A DNA stretch of 64,000 nt from Acidimicrobiia bacterium (lineage in GTDB: Bacteria > Actinomycetota > Acidimicrobiia > Spongiisociales > ZC4RG35): assembly GCA_017577575.2 (NCBI GenBank), contig PKRG02000004.1:28742-92741 (forward strand). Reading direction: 5' to 3'. Below, one piece after another: positions 36,128-44,519 of this stretch. Made by a program: the position numbers and the translations under genes. Each line of letters starts with the position of its first letter. Position 1 is the first letter of the stretch. Under the pieces are notes generated by a model. It was not told the DNA's origin. It did not search any database and saw nothing but the letters and a program-made list of their open reading frames with translations.

Positions 36128-36702
36128 GCCGGAGCTCCCAGGTGCCGGCCGTGGGCGGAGGGCCGGAAGGCCTCCTCGCCGTAACGGACGAACCTGTACC
36201 AGACCCGGGCCTCGCTGACCAGGATCACGATGGACGGCAGGAACAGGAAGACGACTATCCCCGCCTTGGAGCTCATCCATTCCACGAGGAACCCCGCCTT
36301 CGGGACCCGGAAGACCACACCGCGGGAGATCTCTGCCGGATGGAGGGCCCAGGGGTCGACGGCGTCGTTGGCGTCGCCCTTGGTGAGGACCATCCCCTCG
36401 CCATCGAACCCGACTACGCGGTGGACCACTTCTCCGTCCCCGTGGATCGGATCCACGAAAGTCACCACGTCCCCGACCTCGAGCGGCTTCGCCATCGGAG
36501 CGGTGAGGATGACGTCGCCGGGGTGGATCACGGGGCGCATGCTCCCGCTCACCACGGTGCGCCACTGGTAGTCGGTGGCGAGGGGCAAGGCGATGACCGC
36601 CAGGGCCACCGCCACGACTGCGACCTGGACGACGGTCGCCGCGGCTCGCAGCAGACGGCGACCGATCGGGTCGGGACGCAGGTGGCGGGCCCTGGCGGTC
36701 AT
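36124..36702 (-). CDS. sipW: Signal peptidase I, SipW/archaeal-eukaryotic (Ser-His) type
   Basis: 192 aa. N-terminal TM helix, VVSGSMRPVIHPGDVIL, VGDVVTF, VVHRVV (His box), TKGDANDAVDPW, and a C-terminal TM helix. The layout matches B. subtilis SipW as I remember it. GGAG SD 6 nt upstream. Confidence 0.8.
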   Translation of the reverse strand: MTARARHLRPDPIGRRLLRAAATVVQVAVVAVALAVIALPLATDYQWRTVVSGSMRPVIHPGDVILTAPMAKPLEVGDVVTFVDPIHGDGEVVHRVVGFDGEGMVLTKGDANDAVDPWALHPAEISRGVVFRVPKAGFLVEWMSSKAGIVVFLFLPSIVILVSEARVWYRFVRYGEEAFRPSAHGRHLGAPA

Positions 36703-36721
36703 GCGTTGCTCCGTCGAGTGA

Positions 36722-37294
36722 TCAGCCGGTGTATCCGGTGACGGTGGAGAGGAAATCGAACGTCGCGTTCTGCAGCGAGTTCTGGTTCCCGCCGGTGTCC
36801 TGGAAGACGGCCGACGCCCGCACCATCATGGAACGGCCCTCGGCCAGCGCGCCGAGGTAGCAGCCGCGCTCCGACGTGAAAGCGCCTCCGTGCGGCGCAT
36901 CCCAGCCGCAGGCGGCGACCCAGTCGGTGCCGTCCCAGACCTCGTAGAGGATGGCGAGCGAGTTCCTGAACGCCGTGCTCCCGTGGAAATCGCTGTGCTC
37001 GACGAAGACCTGCAGGTCACCGTCGCCGACGTTGTTGATCCGATAGCAGTCCGAGGTCTGGTCCCCGGGCACGATTCCCTGCCACCGGTCGAAGTTGGCC
37101 GGCGTGTCGAAGTCGTACGCCGGGCTCCAAGGCCCGCTGCATTCGCTTCGGACCTCGAACGTCAGCTGCGGGGTTCCCGCCTTGATGGTGACCCGGGCGG
37201 AACCGCTGTCGGAGAACCAGGCGAATGCGCCTGCGGTGAGAGCGAACGCTGCCAGCCCCATCAGCACGAGCGACAGCGTGAGCCGCTTGTACAT
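36722..37294 (-). CDS. TasA/camelysin-like secreted protein with SipW-cognate-like signal peptide
   Basis: Track ORF 36722..37393 trimmed to ATG 37294 (GGGAGG 8 nt upstream). MYKRLTLSLVLMGLAAFALTAGAFAWFSDSGSARVTIKAGTPQLTFEV matches the 'A-x-F-S-D ... AGT-x-x-L' N-terminal signature of TasA/camelysin-type proteins. Confidence 0.7.
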   Translation of the reverse strand: MYKRLTLSLVLMGLAAFALTAGAFAWFSDSGSARVTIKAGTPQLTFEVRSECSGPWSPAYDFDTPANFDRWQGIVPGDQTSDCYRINNVGDGDLQVFVEHSDFHGSTAFRNSLAILYEVWDGTDWVAACGWDAPHGGAFTSERGCYLGALAEGRSMMVRASAVFQDTGGNQNSLQNATFDFLSTVTGYTG

Positions 37295-37477
37295 CGTGTG
37301 TACCTCCCAATTTGCCCCAATGCAGCTTCGGGCTGCTTCCGGCCGGTCTTCTCGCCCATACCCCTGAGACCGGCGGCAGGGGTGTCTACTCACGTCCTAC
37401 GCGATAGCACCTCCTGTGGATCACTGGAAGACCGCCTACAACGTAGAACATCGGTATGACAAATTCTCGTTGTGAGG

Positions 37478-37501
37478 TTCTGCCGAGGTAGGTCGGCAGA
37501 A
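37478..37501. promoter_or_regulatory. Perfect 9-bp inverted repeat TTCTGCCGA-N6-TCGGCAGAA in the divergent tasA-like/trmH-family intergenic region
   Basis: Read directly. It lies 47 bp upstream of the methyltransferase GTG (37548) and 184 bp upstream of the tasA-like ATG (37294). Terminators are not expected in a divergent region, so an operator or a 5'-UTR structure is more likely. Confidence 0.35.
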
Positions 37502-37547
37502 TCAATCCGGTGTCGGTGCGACCTGCCGCCGTCGCCATACTGGGGCC

Positions 37548-38372
37548 GTGCAACTGATCCGGATCGACGATCCCGACGACCCTCGGATCGACCCCTACAC
37601 CCGTCTCACCGACGAGCAGCTCCGACGGAGACGGGAAGGCCCTGGCGGGGACCTCCATGGCATCTTCATCTGCGAGGGGGAGCTGGTCGCCGAACGGGCC
37701 CTGGCAGCCGGGCTGGAGCCGGTGTCGATCCTCGTGGCCGACAACACCCTGCACAAGGTCCCGCCCGCCGTCGCCGAAGGGGTGCCCGTCTACGTGGGAT
37801 CGTCGGAGCTGGTGGAGAAGGTGACCGGGTTCAGGTTCCATCGGGGGTTCGTGGCCGCCTTCCGCCGGCCTCCCGAGCGCCGCCCCAAAGACGTGTTGGC
37901 GTCGTCCCGGCGGGTGCTGGTCTGCGAGAACGTCAACAACCCGACGAATCTCGGGGTGATGGTCAGGTCGGCCGCGGCACTCGGCATCGATGCCCTCCTC
38001 ATCGACCCCACCACCTGCGATCCGCTCTATCGGCGGGTGGTGCGAGTGTCGATGGGGACCGTGTTCGCCTTTCCCCACGCCCGTCTCCCGGCGTTCCCCG
38101 AAGGGCTGGAGGTCGTCGCCGCACACGGCCACCTCCTGGTGGGCCTCAGCCCCGATCCCGCCGCACCGTCGATCGGCAGCTTCCGTTTCCCCGACCGTGT
38201 CGCCCTCGTCCTCGGCGCGGAGGGCCCCGGCCTGACCGAGGAGACCAAGCGACGGGTCGATCAGATGGTCCGGATCCCCATGCGAGCGGGCATCGACTCG
38301 CTCAACGTCGGCGCTGCCGCCGCCATCGCCGCCTACGTGGTCGGCGGGCTGGACTCTCCCCCTAGAGGGTGA
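37548..38372 (+). CDS. SpoU/TrmH-family RNA 2'-O-methyltransferase
   Basis: GTG start. LVCENVNNPTNLGVMVRSAAALGIDALL, LVLGAEGPGL, IPMRAGIDSLNVGAAAAIA (SPOUT motifs). Confidence 0.85.
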   Translation: MQLIRIDDPDDPRIDPYTRLTDEQLRRRREGPGGDLHGIFICEGELVAERALAAGLEPVSILVADNTLHKVPPAVAEGVPVYVGSSELVEKVTGFRFHRGFVAAFRRPPERRPKDVLASSRRVLVCENVNNPTNLGVMVRSAAALGIDALLIDPTTCDPLYRRVVRVSMGTVFAFPHARLPAFPEGLEVVAAHGHLLVGLSPDPAAPSIGSFRFPDRVALVLGAEGPGLTEETKRRVDQMVRIPMRAGIDSLNVGAAAAIAAYVVGGLDSPPRG

Positions 38373-38754
38373 ACCGGTGCGGGAGCAGCTCGTCGAGGGT
38401 GTGGCTCTTCACCAGGGAGCCAGGCCCGGCGGTGACGTGGATCTCGTCGACTGAGAACTCCGACATGATCTGTCGGCACCGGCCGCAGGGATAGGCCTCC
38501 TCGGGCGTGGGCGCATCGATGCAGGCGACGGCAACGGCGTCGATCTTGCGCACCCCGGCTGACACGGCGGCGGCGATGGCGTTGGCTTCGGCGCACGAAG
38601 ACGACGGGTACGCCGCGTTCTCCACGTTGGCGCCCGTGTAGGTGATCCCGTCCGATCCCAACACCGCCGCTCCGACCCGAAACCGCGAGTAGGGGGCGTA
38701 TGCGTTGAGGGCCGCCTGCCGGGCGAGATCCACGAGGTCGTTGCGGCTACGCAT
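38362..38754 (-). CDS. cdd: Cytidine deaminase
   Basis: 130 aa. AYAPYSRFRVGAAV..., CAEANAI, PCGRCRQ zinc ligands. Confidence 0.9.
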   Translation of the reverse strand: MRSRNDLVDLARQAALNAYAPYSRFRVGAAVLGSDGITYTGANVENAAYPSSSCAEANAIAAAVSAGVRKIDAVAVACIDAPTPEEAYPCGRCRQIMSEFSVDEIHVTAGPGSLVKSHTLDELLPHRFTL

Positions 38755-39775
38755 CGGCGAGCAGGGCCTCGACGAACTCGTGGGGATCGAAGGGGACCAG
38801 GTCCTCCATCCCCTCCCCCACGCCGACGTATTTCACCGGCACCCCCAGCAGGCGCTCCACGGCGACCACCACGCCGCCGCGGGCGGTGCCGTCGAGCTTC
38901 GTCAGCACGATGCCGGTGACGCCGACAGCCTCGGTGAACACCTGGGCCTGTGAGATGCCGTTCTGGCCGCCGGTGGCATCGAGGACCAGCAGCACCTCGT
39001 CGACGGCGGACTCCTTCTCGAGCACCCGCCGGATCTTGGCCAGCTCTGCCATCAGGTTGTGCTTGGAGTGCAGGCGGCCGGCCGTGTCGACCAACACGAC
39101 ATCGCGTCCGCGGGACCGAGCCGCCTGGAAGGCGTCGAAGGCGACGGCTGCCGGGTCGGCGCCTTCCTGGCCGCCGACCACGTCGACGCCGAGACGGTCC
39201 CCCCAGGTGCGGAGCTGGGCGTCGGCCGCCGCCCGGAAGGTGTCGGCTGCGCCCAGCAACGGGACCTTGCCGTCGGCTTTCAGCCGATGGGCGAGCTTGG
39301 CGATCGTGGTCGTCTTCCCGGTCCCGTTGACACCGACGACCATGATCACCGCCGGCTTCGACCCGAGGTTCAGCTCCCGGTCGCGGCCCGACAACTCCGC
39401 CTCCAGCTCCTCCCGCAGGAGGCGCCGGGCGTCGTCTGTGCTCTCCGGCTTGCGCTCACGGATGCGGGCGACGATGTCGGTGGAGGCCGCCACACCCACG
39501 TCGGCGCCGATCAGCGCCTCCTCCATGGAGTCCCAGAACTCCTGGTCCAGCGCTCCCCGTCCGAACACCGACCGCAACGCACCGCCCAGCGACTGGGATG
39601 CCTTCGAGATGCGCCCGGTGATGCGGCCCGCGGTCCGCGGTCGGGGCGGTGCAGCGGGCGCGCCGGCCAGGGCAGCATCGTCGCGCCGGCGGCTCACCAC
39701 GAACCAGGCCACCCCCGCGATCACCAGGACGGCGAGGACGATCTGGAGGATGACGATGACTTCGGCTGATCCCAC
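38747..39775 (-). CDS. ftsY: SRP receptor FtsY with N-terminal TM helix
   Basis: N-terminal IVILQIVLAVLVIAGVAWFVV, then the NG domain: VGVNGTGKTTT, DTAGRL, TKLDGTARGG. Confidence 0.95.
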   Translation of the reverse strand: MGSAEVIVILQIVLAVLVIAGVAWFVVSRRRDDAALAGAPAAPPRPRTAGRITGRISKASQSLGGALRSVFGRGALDQEFWDSMEEALIGADVGVAASTDIVARIRERKPESTDDARRLLREELEAELSGRDRELNLGSKPAVIMVVGVNGTGKTTTIAKLAHRLKADGKVPLLGAADTFRAAADAQLRTWGDRLGVDVVGGQEGADPAAVAFDAFQAARSRGRDVVLVDTAGRLHSKHNLMAELAKIRRVLEKESAVDEVLLVLDATGGQNGISQAQVFTEAVGVTGIVLTKLDGTARGGVVVAVERLLGVPVKYVGVGEGMEDLVPFDPHEFVEALLADA

Positions 39776-39784
39776 GGGGCGATT

Positions 39785-42700
39785 CTATGCCGGGACGGAG
39801 CCCTCGCTCGCCGGCGTCTCCGCCGACTTGAGCTCCTTGCGGACCACCTTCGACGAGCCACCCGGCTCCATGGTGACGCCGTAGAGGACGTCGGCGGCCT
39901 CCATCGTCTGCTGCTGATGGGTGACGATGATCAGCTGGGCGTCGTGACGGAAAGCCTCGATCAGCCGGAGGAATCGCCGCAGGTTGGCGTCGTCGAGGGC
40001 GGCCTCCACCTCGTCGAGGATGTAGAACGGGCTGGGCCGGGCTTTGAACACGGCGAACAGGAAGGCGAGCGCCGCCAACGAGCGCTCCCCGCCGGAGAGG
40101 AGGCTGAGCTGGCTCACCTTCTTGCCGAGCGGCTGAGCCTGGATCTCCACTCCGGTGGTCAGAGGCTCGTTGGGGTCGGTGAGGCGGATCCGGCCCACCC
40201 CGCCGGGGAACAGCACTGCGAAGTTCTGCTCGTAGGCGGCCGCCACCTCCTCGAACGCCTGCAGGAAACGGCTCTGGATCTCGTCGTCGAGCGCCGCGAT
40301 CACTCGCTCGAGCTCGTCACGGGACTTCTCCAGGTCGTTCAGCTGGTCCTGGAGGAAGTCGTACCGCTCCTCCAGCTCGGCGTACTCCTGCGCCGCCAGC
40401 GGGTTGACGGGCCCCATGCGCCGCAGGCGCGCCTCCAGGTCCTGGACCACCGCCTCGAGGTCGGCGTCGGGATCGACGCCTTCGATCTCGGGGCGGGGTG
40501 CCGCCAGCGCGGTCGCTTCGTCGGCGTCGGCGTCCCGCCGCAGAGCCTCGGCGACGTTCTCACGGCGCACCCGGATCTCCGTCTCCTCGACCTCGATCTC
40601 GCCGAGCCGGCGCCGGGTGTTCTCCAGACGCGTGCGAGCCTCCTCGTGACGGCGCCTGACCGCGTCCCGCTGCACACCGGTCTCGCCGGCACGTTCCCGC
40701 AGCTCGGCCTGGCGCTCCCTCAGCTCGGCGAGACGCCGGCCGATCACCTCGATGGCGCGCCGCGCCGTGGCCGCCACCAGCTCCAGCCGGTCCAGCTCCT
40801 CCTGGCTGACGGGATTGGAGACCTCGGCCTCGAGCGCCTCGGCTACCGCGCTCCGGCGCCGCTCCAGGAGCTGCCGGCGCTCCTTCACGGCCCGGAGGTC
40901 GCTGGCGGCCTGCTGCCAGGAAGCCCGTGCCGCCTCCCGCTCGGCTTCGATCGCCGCCCGCCGCGCCTCGAGCTCCTCCCACGCCCGCTGGCGCTCTGCC
41001 TCCTCGCCTTCCAGGGCGGCCAGGCGGGTGCGCAGACGTGCGAGGGCCGCCTCTCGCTCGGCCTCGGCTTCACCGAGGGAGCGGCGCCGGTCCTCGAGCC
41101 TGGTGATCTCGCCCTCGAGGTTGGCCCGGGAGCGGTGCGACCTCCCCAGGGCCTCGGTCGCCCCGGACAGGCGGGCTTCGACCGACTCGAGCGCCTCCAG
41201 GGCCTCCCGTTCCACCGCTCGGGCGTTCTCGAAATCGCGTTTGGCGCTGGTGTGGAGGGACTCGACGCGGGCGAGCTCGATCTCGGCCCGCTCCAGCGCT
41301 ACCTCGGCGGCCTCGACCATAGCCGGGGTGGCACCGTCGGGGTGGGCGACACGGACGCCGTAGACGGACACGAGGTCGCCTTCGGGGGTGACCGCCCTCA
41401 CATGGGGATGGCGGGCCACGATGCGCAGGGCCATGGACCAGCCCTCGACGAGGATCACGTCACCGAGGAGCCTCTCTGCGAGGCGACGGTCGGCACCGGG
41501 CCCCAGACGGTCCACGAGGGCTTCGACTCCGTTCTCTGCCGCCACCTGCCGGGCGATCGAAGCATCGCCCTCGGCTCCGTGGACGACCGGTACCCCGCCG
41601 CGCCCGCCGGACTTGAGGGCGCTCACGGCCGCCTCCAGCGCCTCCTGCGAGTCGAACACGGAGGCGTCCGCCCACGGGCCCAACCCGGCGTCCACCGCCG
41701 CAGCCAGCTCTGCGGGCACGTCGAGGAGGCTGGCGAGGCTCCCGCGATGGCCCGCGGACTCGGCGACGATGCGGCGGGCCTCCGGGTCGGCGGCGCCCTC
41801 GACGGCCGCCGACACGGCTTCGAGGCGGGCCCGGGCGGAGGCGACTTCCAGGCGGGCCTCGTTCAGATCCGCCTCCATCGCCTCCCAGTGCTTCTGGAGC
41901 CGGGCCCGCTCCTCGGCGGCCTTCTCGTATCGGCGCTGGGCGGCACCGGCTTCCTCGTCGAGGCGGCGGATCTCCTCGTTGAGCTTCTCGGATTCGGAGA
42001 CCTCGTCGGCGATCTGCGCCTTGACGACTTCGAGGCGCCTCTCGAGTTGCTCCATCTCCCTACGGTCTCGCTGGGCGGAGCTCTCGAGCGACCGCATCTC
42101 GCCGCGCACCACGGCCAACGCGCCTTCCAGGCTCAGGTTCTCCTGGTCGGCCAGCGAGCGTGCTTCGTCCTCCAGGGCCCTGAACCGCCGTTCCTCCCGC
42201 TCGGCCACGATCTCGGCCTCGGCGACCTCGGCCTCGAGCGTGACGAGCTCGGCCGCCAGTGCCTGTTGCTCTTCTTCCAGGTCGCGGCGGCGTTCGTCGG
42301 CGCCGTCACGGCGGGCGATCGCCGCCCGGTGGCGCTCCTGGGCGACGGAGGCGCTGCGGCGGAGCCTCTCGAGGATCGTCTCCAGACGGGCGGCCGCCGC
42401 GGTGTCGCGGTCGAGGGCTTCACCGACTTCGCCGGCCTCGGCGGTGAGGATCCCCAGGGCGGCGGCCAGCTCGGAGACCTCCGCCTCGAGGTCGTGCATC
42501 TCCTGGGTCAGGCGCTGCCTCTCTTCGGCGAGCGAGTTGGCGCGCCCGTCGAGCATGCGCAGCCTCTCTCCTCCCAGGTACAGGTGCAGGGAGCGCACGG
42601 TGTCTTTGAGCGTGGCGTACTCCTCGGCGGCCTTCGCCTGCCTCTTCAGCGGCCGCATCTGGCGCACGAGCTCGCCGACGATGTCGCCGAGACGGAGGAG

Positions 42701-43261
42701 GTCGGCGTCGGTCCGCTCCAGGCGACGGATCGCCCGCTCCTTGCGCTGCCGGTGCTTGAGGATGCCGGCGGCCTCTTCGATCACGGCCCGGTGCTCCATG
42801 GGCCCCGAGTTGAGGACCGAGTCGATCTGGCCCTGGCCGACGATGACGTGCTGGTGACGGCCGACGCCCGAATCGGACAGGAGCTCCTGGATGTCGAGCA
42901 GGCGGCAGGCGGCGCCGTTGATCTCGTAGTCGGAGGAGCCGTCACGGTAGAGGCGGCGGGTGATGCTGACCTCGTCGAGGTCGAGGGGCAGTGTCCGGTC
43001 TTCGTTGTCGAACACGATGGTCACCTCGGCCCGGTTGAGGGCGGGCCGGGTGGCGGTCCCGGCGAACACCACGTCCTCCATCTTCGGTGTGCGGAGGCTC
43101 TTGGCGGACTGGGTGCCCATGACCCAGGACACGGCGTCGACCAGGTTCGACTTGCCGGAGCCGTTGGGGCCGACGATCACCGTCACCCCGGGGCGCAACT
43201 CGAGGCGGGTGCGGTCGGCGAACGACTTGAAGCCGACGAGCTTCAGTGACTTCAGATACAT
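39785..43261 (-). CDS. smc: Chromosome partition protein Smc
   Basis: 1158 aa. MYLKSLKLVGFKSFADRTRLELRPGVTVIVGPNGSGKSN, long coiled coils, hinge, C-terminal LSGGERSLAALAFLFA...FYILDEVEAALD. Confidence 0.95.
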   Translation of the reverse strand: MYLKSLKLVGFKSFADRTRLELRPGVTVIVGPNGSGKSNLVDAVSWVMGTQSAKSLRTPKMEDVVFAGTATRPALNRAEVTIVFDNEDRTLPLDLDEVSITRRLYRDGSSDYEINGAACRLLDIQELLSDSGVGRHQHVIVGQGQIDSVLNSGPMEHRAVIEEAAGILKHRQRKERAIRRLERTDADLLRLGDIVGELVRQMRPLKRQAKAAEEYATLKDTVRSLHLYLGGERLRMLDGRANSLAEERQRLTQEMHDLEAEVSELAAALGILTAEAGEVGEALDRDTAAAARLETILERLRRSASVAQERHRAAIARRDGADERRRDLEEEQQALAAELVTLEAEVAEAEIVAEREERRFRALEDEARSLADQENLSLEGALAVVRGEMRSLESSAQRDRREMEQLERRLEVVKAQIADEVSESEKLNEEIRRLDEEAGAAQRRYEKAAEERARLQKHWEAMEADLNEARLEVASARARLEAVSAAVEGAADPEARRIVAESAGHRGSLASLLDVPAELAAAVDAGLGPWADASVFDSQEALEAAVSALKSGGRGGVPVVHGAEGDASIARQVAAENGVEALVDRLGPGADRRLAERLLGDVILVEGWSMALRIVARHPHVRAVTPEGDLVSVYGVRVAHPDGATPAMVEAAEVALERAEIELARVESLHTSAKRDFENARAVEREALEALESVEARLSGATEALGRSHRSRANLEGEITRLEDRRRSLGEAEAEREAALARLRTRLAALEGEEAERQRAWEELEARRAAIEAEREAARASWQQAASDLRAVKERRQLLERRRSAVAEALEAEVSNPVSQEELDRLELVAATARRAIEVIGRRLAELRERQAELRERAGETGVQRDAVRRRHEEARTRLENTRRRLGEIEVEETEIRVRRENVAEALRRDADADEATALAAPRPEIEGVDPDADLEAVVQDLEARLRRMGPVNPLAAQEYAELEERYDFLQDQLNDLEKSRDELERVIAALDDEIQSRFLQAFEEVAAAYEQNFAVLFPGGVGRIRLTDPNEPLTTGVEIQAQPLGKKVSQLSLLSGGERSLAALAFLFAVFKARPSPFYILDEVEAALDDANLRRFLRLIEAFRHDAQLIIVTHQQQTMEAADVLYGVTMEPGGSSKVVRKELKSAETPASEGSVPA

Positions 43262-43277
43262 GAATTACACACGTGTT

Positions 43278-43308
43278 ATCCCGCCGGCAGGCTAGCAGCG
43301 GGCGGGAT
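43278..43308 (-). terminator. Imperfect long hairpin (ATCCCGCC ... GGCGGGAT) downstream of the hypothetical gene, immediately upstream of smc
   Basis: 8-bp outer stem with an inner GCTAGC palindrome. An adjacent AT-rich ACACGTGT palindrome (43269..43276) lies 8 nt upstream of the smc ATG. Confidence 0.35.
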
Positions 43309-43328
43309 GTGCGACGCGGAACCCGGCT

Positions 43329-44192
43329 TCAGGCGGGCCGGCCCAACCCTGCCTCGAAGTGGTGGAGGTAGTTGTCGGCGAGGTAGTTGAGGACCCTCCG
43401 CGCTGCCGTGAAGTTGTCTGCCAGGTACAGCAGCTCCTCGGGGCCTTTTCCGACCAGGGCGGCGGCGGCTTCGACCGCCCGCCGGTACCACGCCGCGCCC
43501 AGCAGCTCGTGGAAGGCGAGATCCTCGGTCACGAGACCGGCCGACGCCTCCAGGCCCGCCATCTTGACGAGCCGCTCCCGGTGGAGAGGGGCGATCGGAT
43601 GCCGCGCGGTGTGGTCGGGGAACACCCCTGTCAAGAACAGGGCGATGTCGCCCAGGCGCCGGTACCCGCCCGGCCGTTGTGCGGGCGGCAGCTGCTGGAC
43701 GACGTCCACCATCCGCACCAGGTCCAGCTCGCTGAACCGCCGCGACTGGTAGCCGCGGCGGGTCTTCACCCAGATCCGCCCGCTCGCCACCTTGGTGAAC
43801 GAGGCGAGGAACTCGATGAGGAGGTAGCGGCGGGCCGCTTCGGCGAGAAACTCCCGCATCGAGGCGACGTCGAACACGGGGAGCCTCTGGCCCGCCCCGG
43901 CCCACTCGAAGGCGTAGTTGACGTGCTGCAGGTCGGCGGCCACGCGGTTGACGAGGATCCCGAACAGGAGGAACGGCGTCAGCCGCACTCGCAGGTCGGG
44001 GTCGGGGGTCTCGAAGACGAGCTCGAACAGGGACGGCTCGGCCAGCAGCTCGTCGATCACCTCCGGGCGCTGATGGAGGTACCGGCGGACACTCTCGGGG
44101 TCGCTGCCGACCGCCGCCGCCAGGAGGGCCATGTCGGAGTCACTCAAATGCTCGGTGTAGAGCAATTGGTGATTCATGGTGGCCCGATCCAT
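43329..44192 (-). CDS. Hypothetical protein (~287 aa, predicted all-alpha, no family recognised)
   Basis: Track ORF 43329..44375 trimmed to ATG 44192 (or 44177), because the upstream part overlaps acyP. Normal GC3-rich codon use and non-repetitive sequence: ...LLFGILVNRVAADLQHVNYAFEW...YLLIEFLASFTKV... Confidence 0.6.
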   Translation of the reverse strand: MDRATMNHQLLYTEHLSDSDMALLAAAVGSDPESVRRYLHQRPEVIDELLAEPSLFELVFETPDPDLRVRLTPFLLFGILVNRVAADLQHVNYAFEWAGAGQRLPVFDVASMREFLAEAARRYLLIEFLASFTKVASGRIWVKTRRGYQSRRFSELDLVRMVDVVQQLPPAQRPGGYRRLGDIALFLTGVFPDHTARHPIAPLHRERLVKMAGLEASAGLVTEDLAFHELLGAAWYRRAVEAAAALVGKGPEELLYLADNFTAARRVLNYLADNYLHHFEAGLGRPA

Positions 44193-44224
44193 CGTAAGCC
44201 ATCGGGCGCGAAAACTGAGGGGAA

Positions 44225-44512
44225 TCAGCGGGGATTCGGCTGGATGAAGAAGTCCCTCAGGGTCACGTCGGGGGCCACCGAGTCCGTCTCCACGCCCGTC
44301 ACCTGGGCGGCCGGGGGCCCTTGCCAGAGCCAGTCGACTAGCCGGTCGCACGCTTCGGGATCCCCTTGTGCCCACACCTCGACTCGCCCGTCCGGGAGGT
44401 TGCGAACCCAGCCGACCAACCCCAGGGACCTGGCGACCTGGCGGCAGCTCTGCCGGTAGGTCACTCCCTGGACTCGTCCGCTCACGTAGGCGTGGATCGC
44501 CTTCATCGCCAT
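44225..44512 (-). CDS. acyP: Acylphosphatase
   Basis: 95 aa. HAYVSGRVQGVTYRQSCRQVARSLGLVGWVRNLPDGRVEVWAQG. Confidence 0.9.
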   Translation of the reverse strand: MAMKAIHAYVSGRVQGVTYRQSCRQVARSLGLVGWVRNLPDGRVEVWAQGDPEACDRLVDWLWQGPPAAQVTGVETDSVAPDVTLRDFFIQPNPR

Positions 44513-44519
44513 CAGTCTC

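Noticed and set aside
33802-36565. Long 5' extensions of track ORFs 33802..35991 and 35489..36565, and nested ORFs 33929..35002, 34579..35865 and 35337..36029
   Set aside because: The extensions are Arg/Pro-rich and overlap neighbouring genes in other frames. Credible proteins begin at the signal-peptide or TM-bearing internal starts (36127 and about 35400).
39917-43249. 1110-aa plus-strand ORF exactly antisense to smc
   Set aside because: It mirrors the coiled-coil gene. The product is L/G/R/E/V low-complexity with no motifs, whereas the minus frame carries full SMC signatures. This is a typical high-GC shadow ORF.
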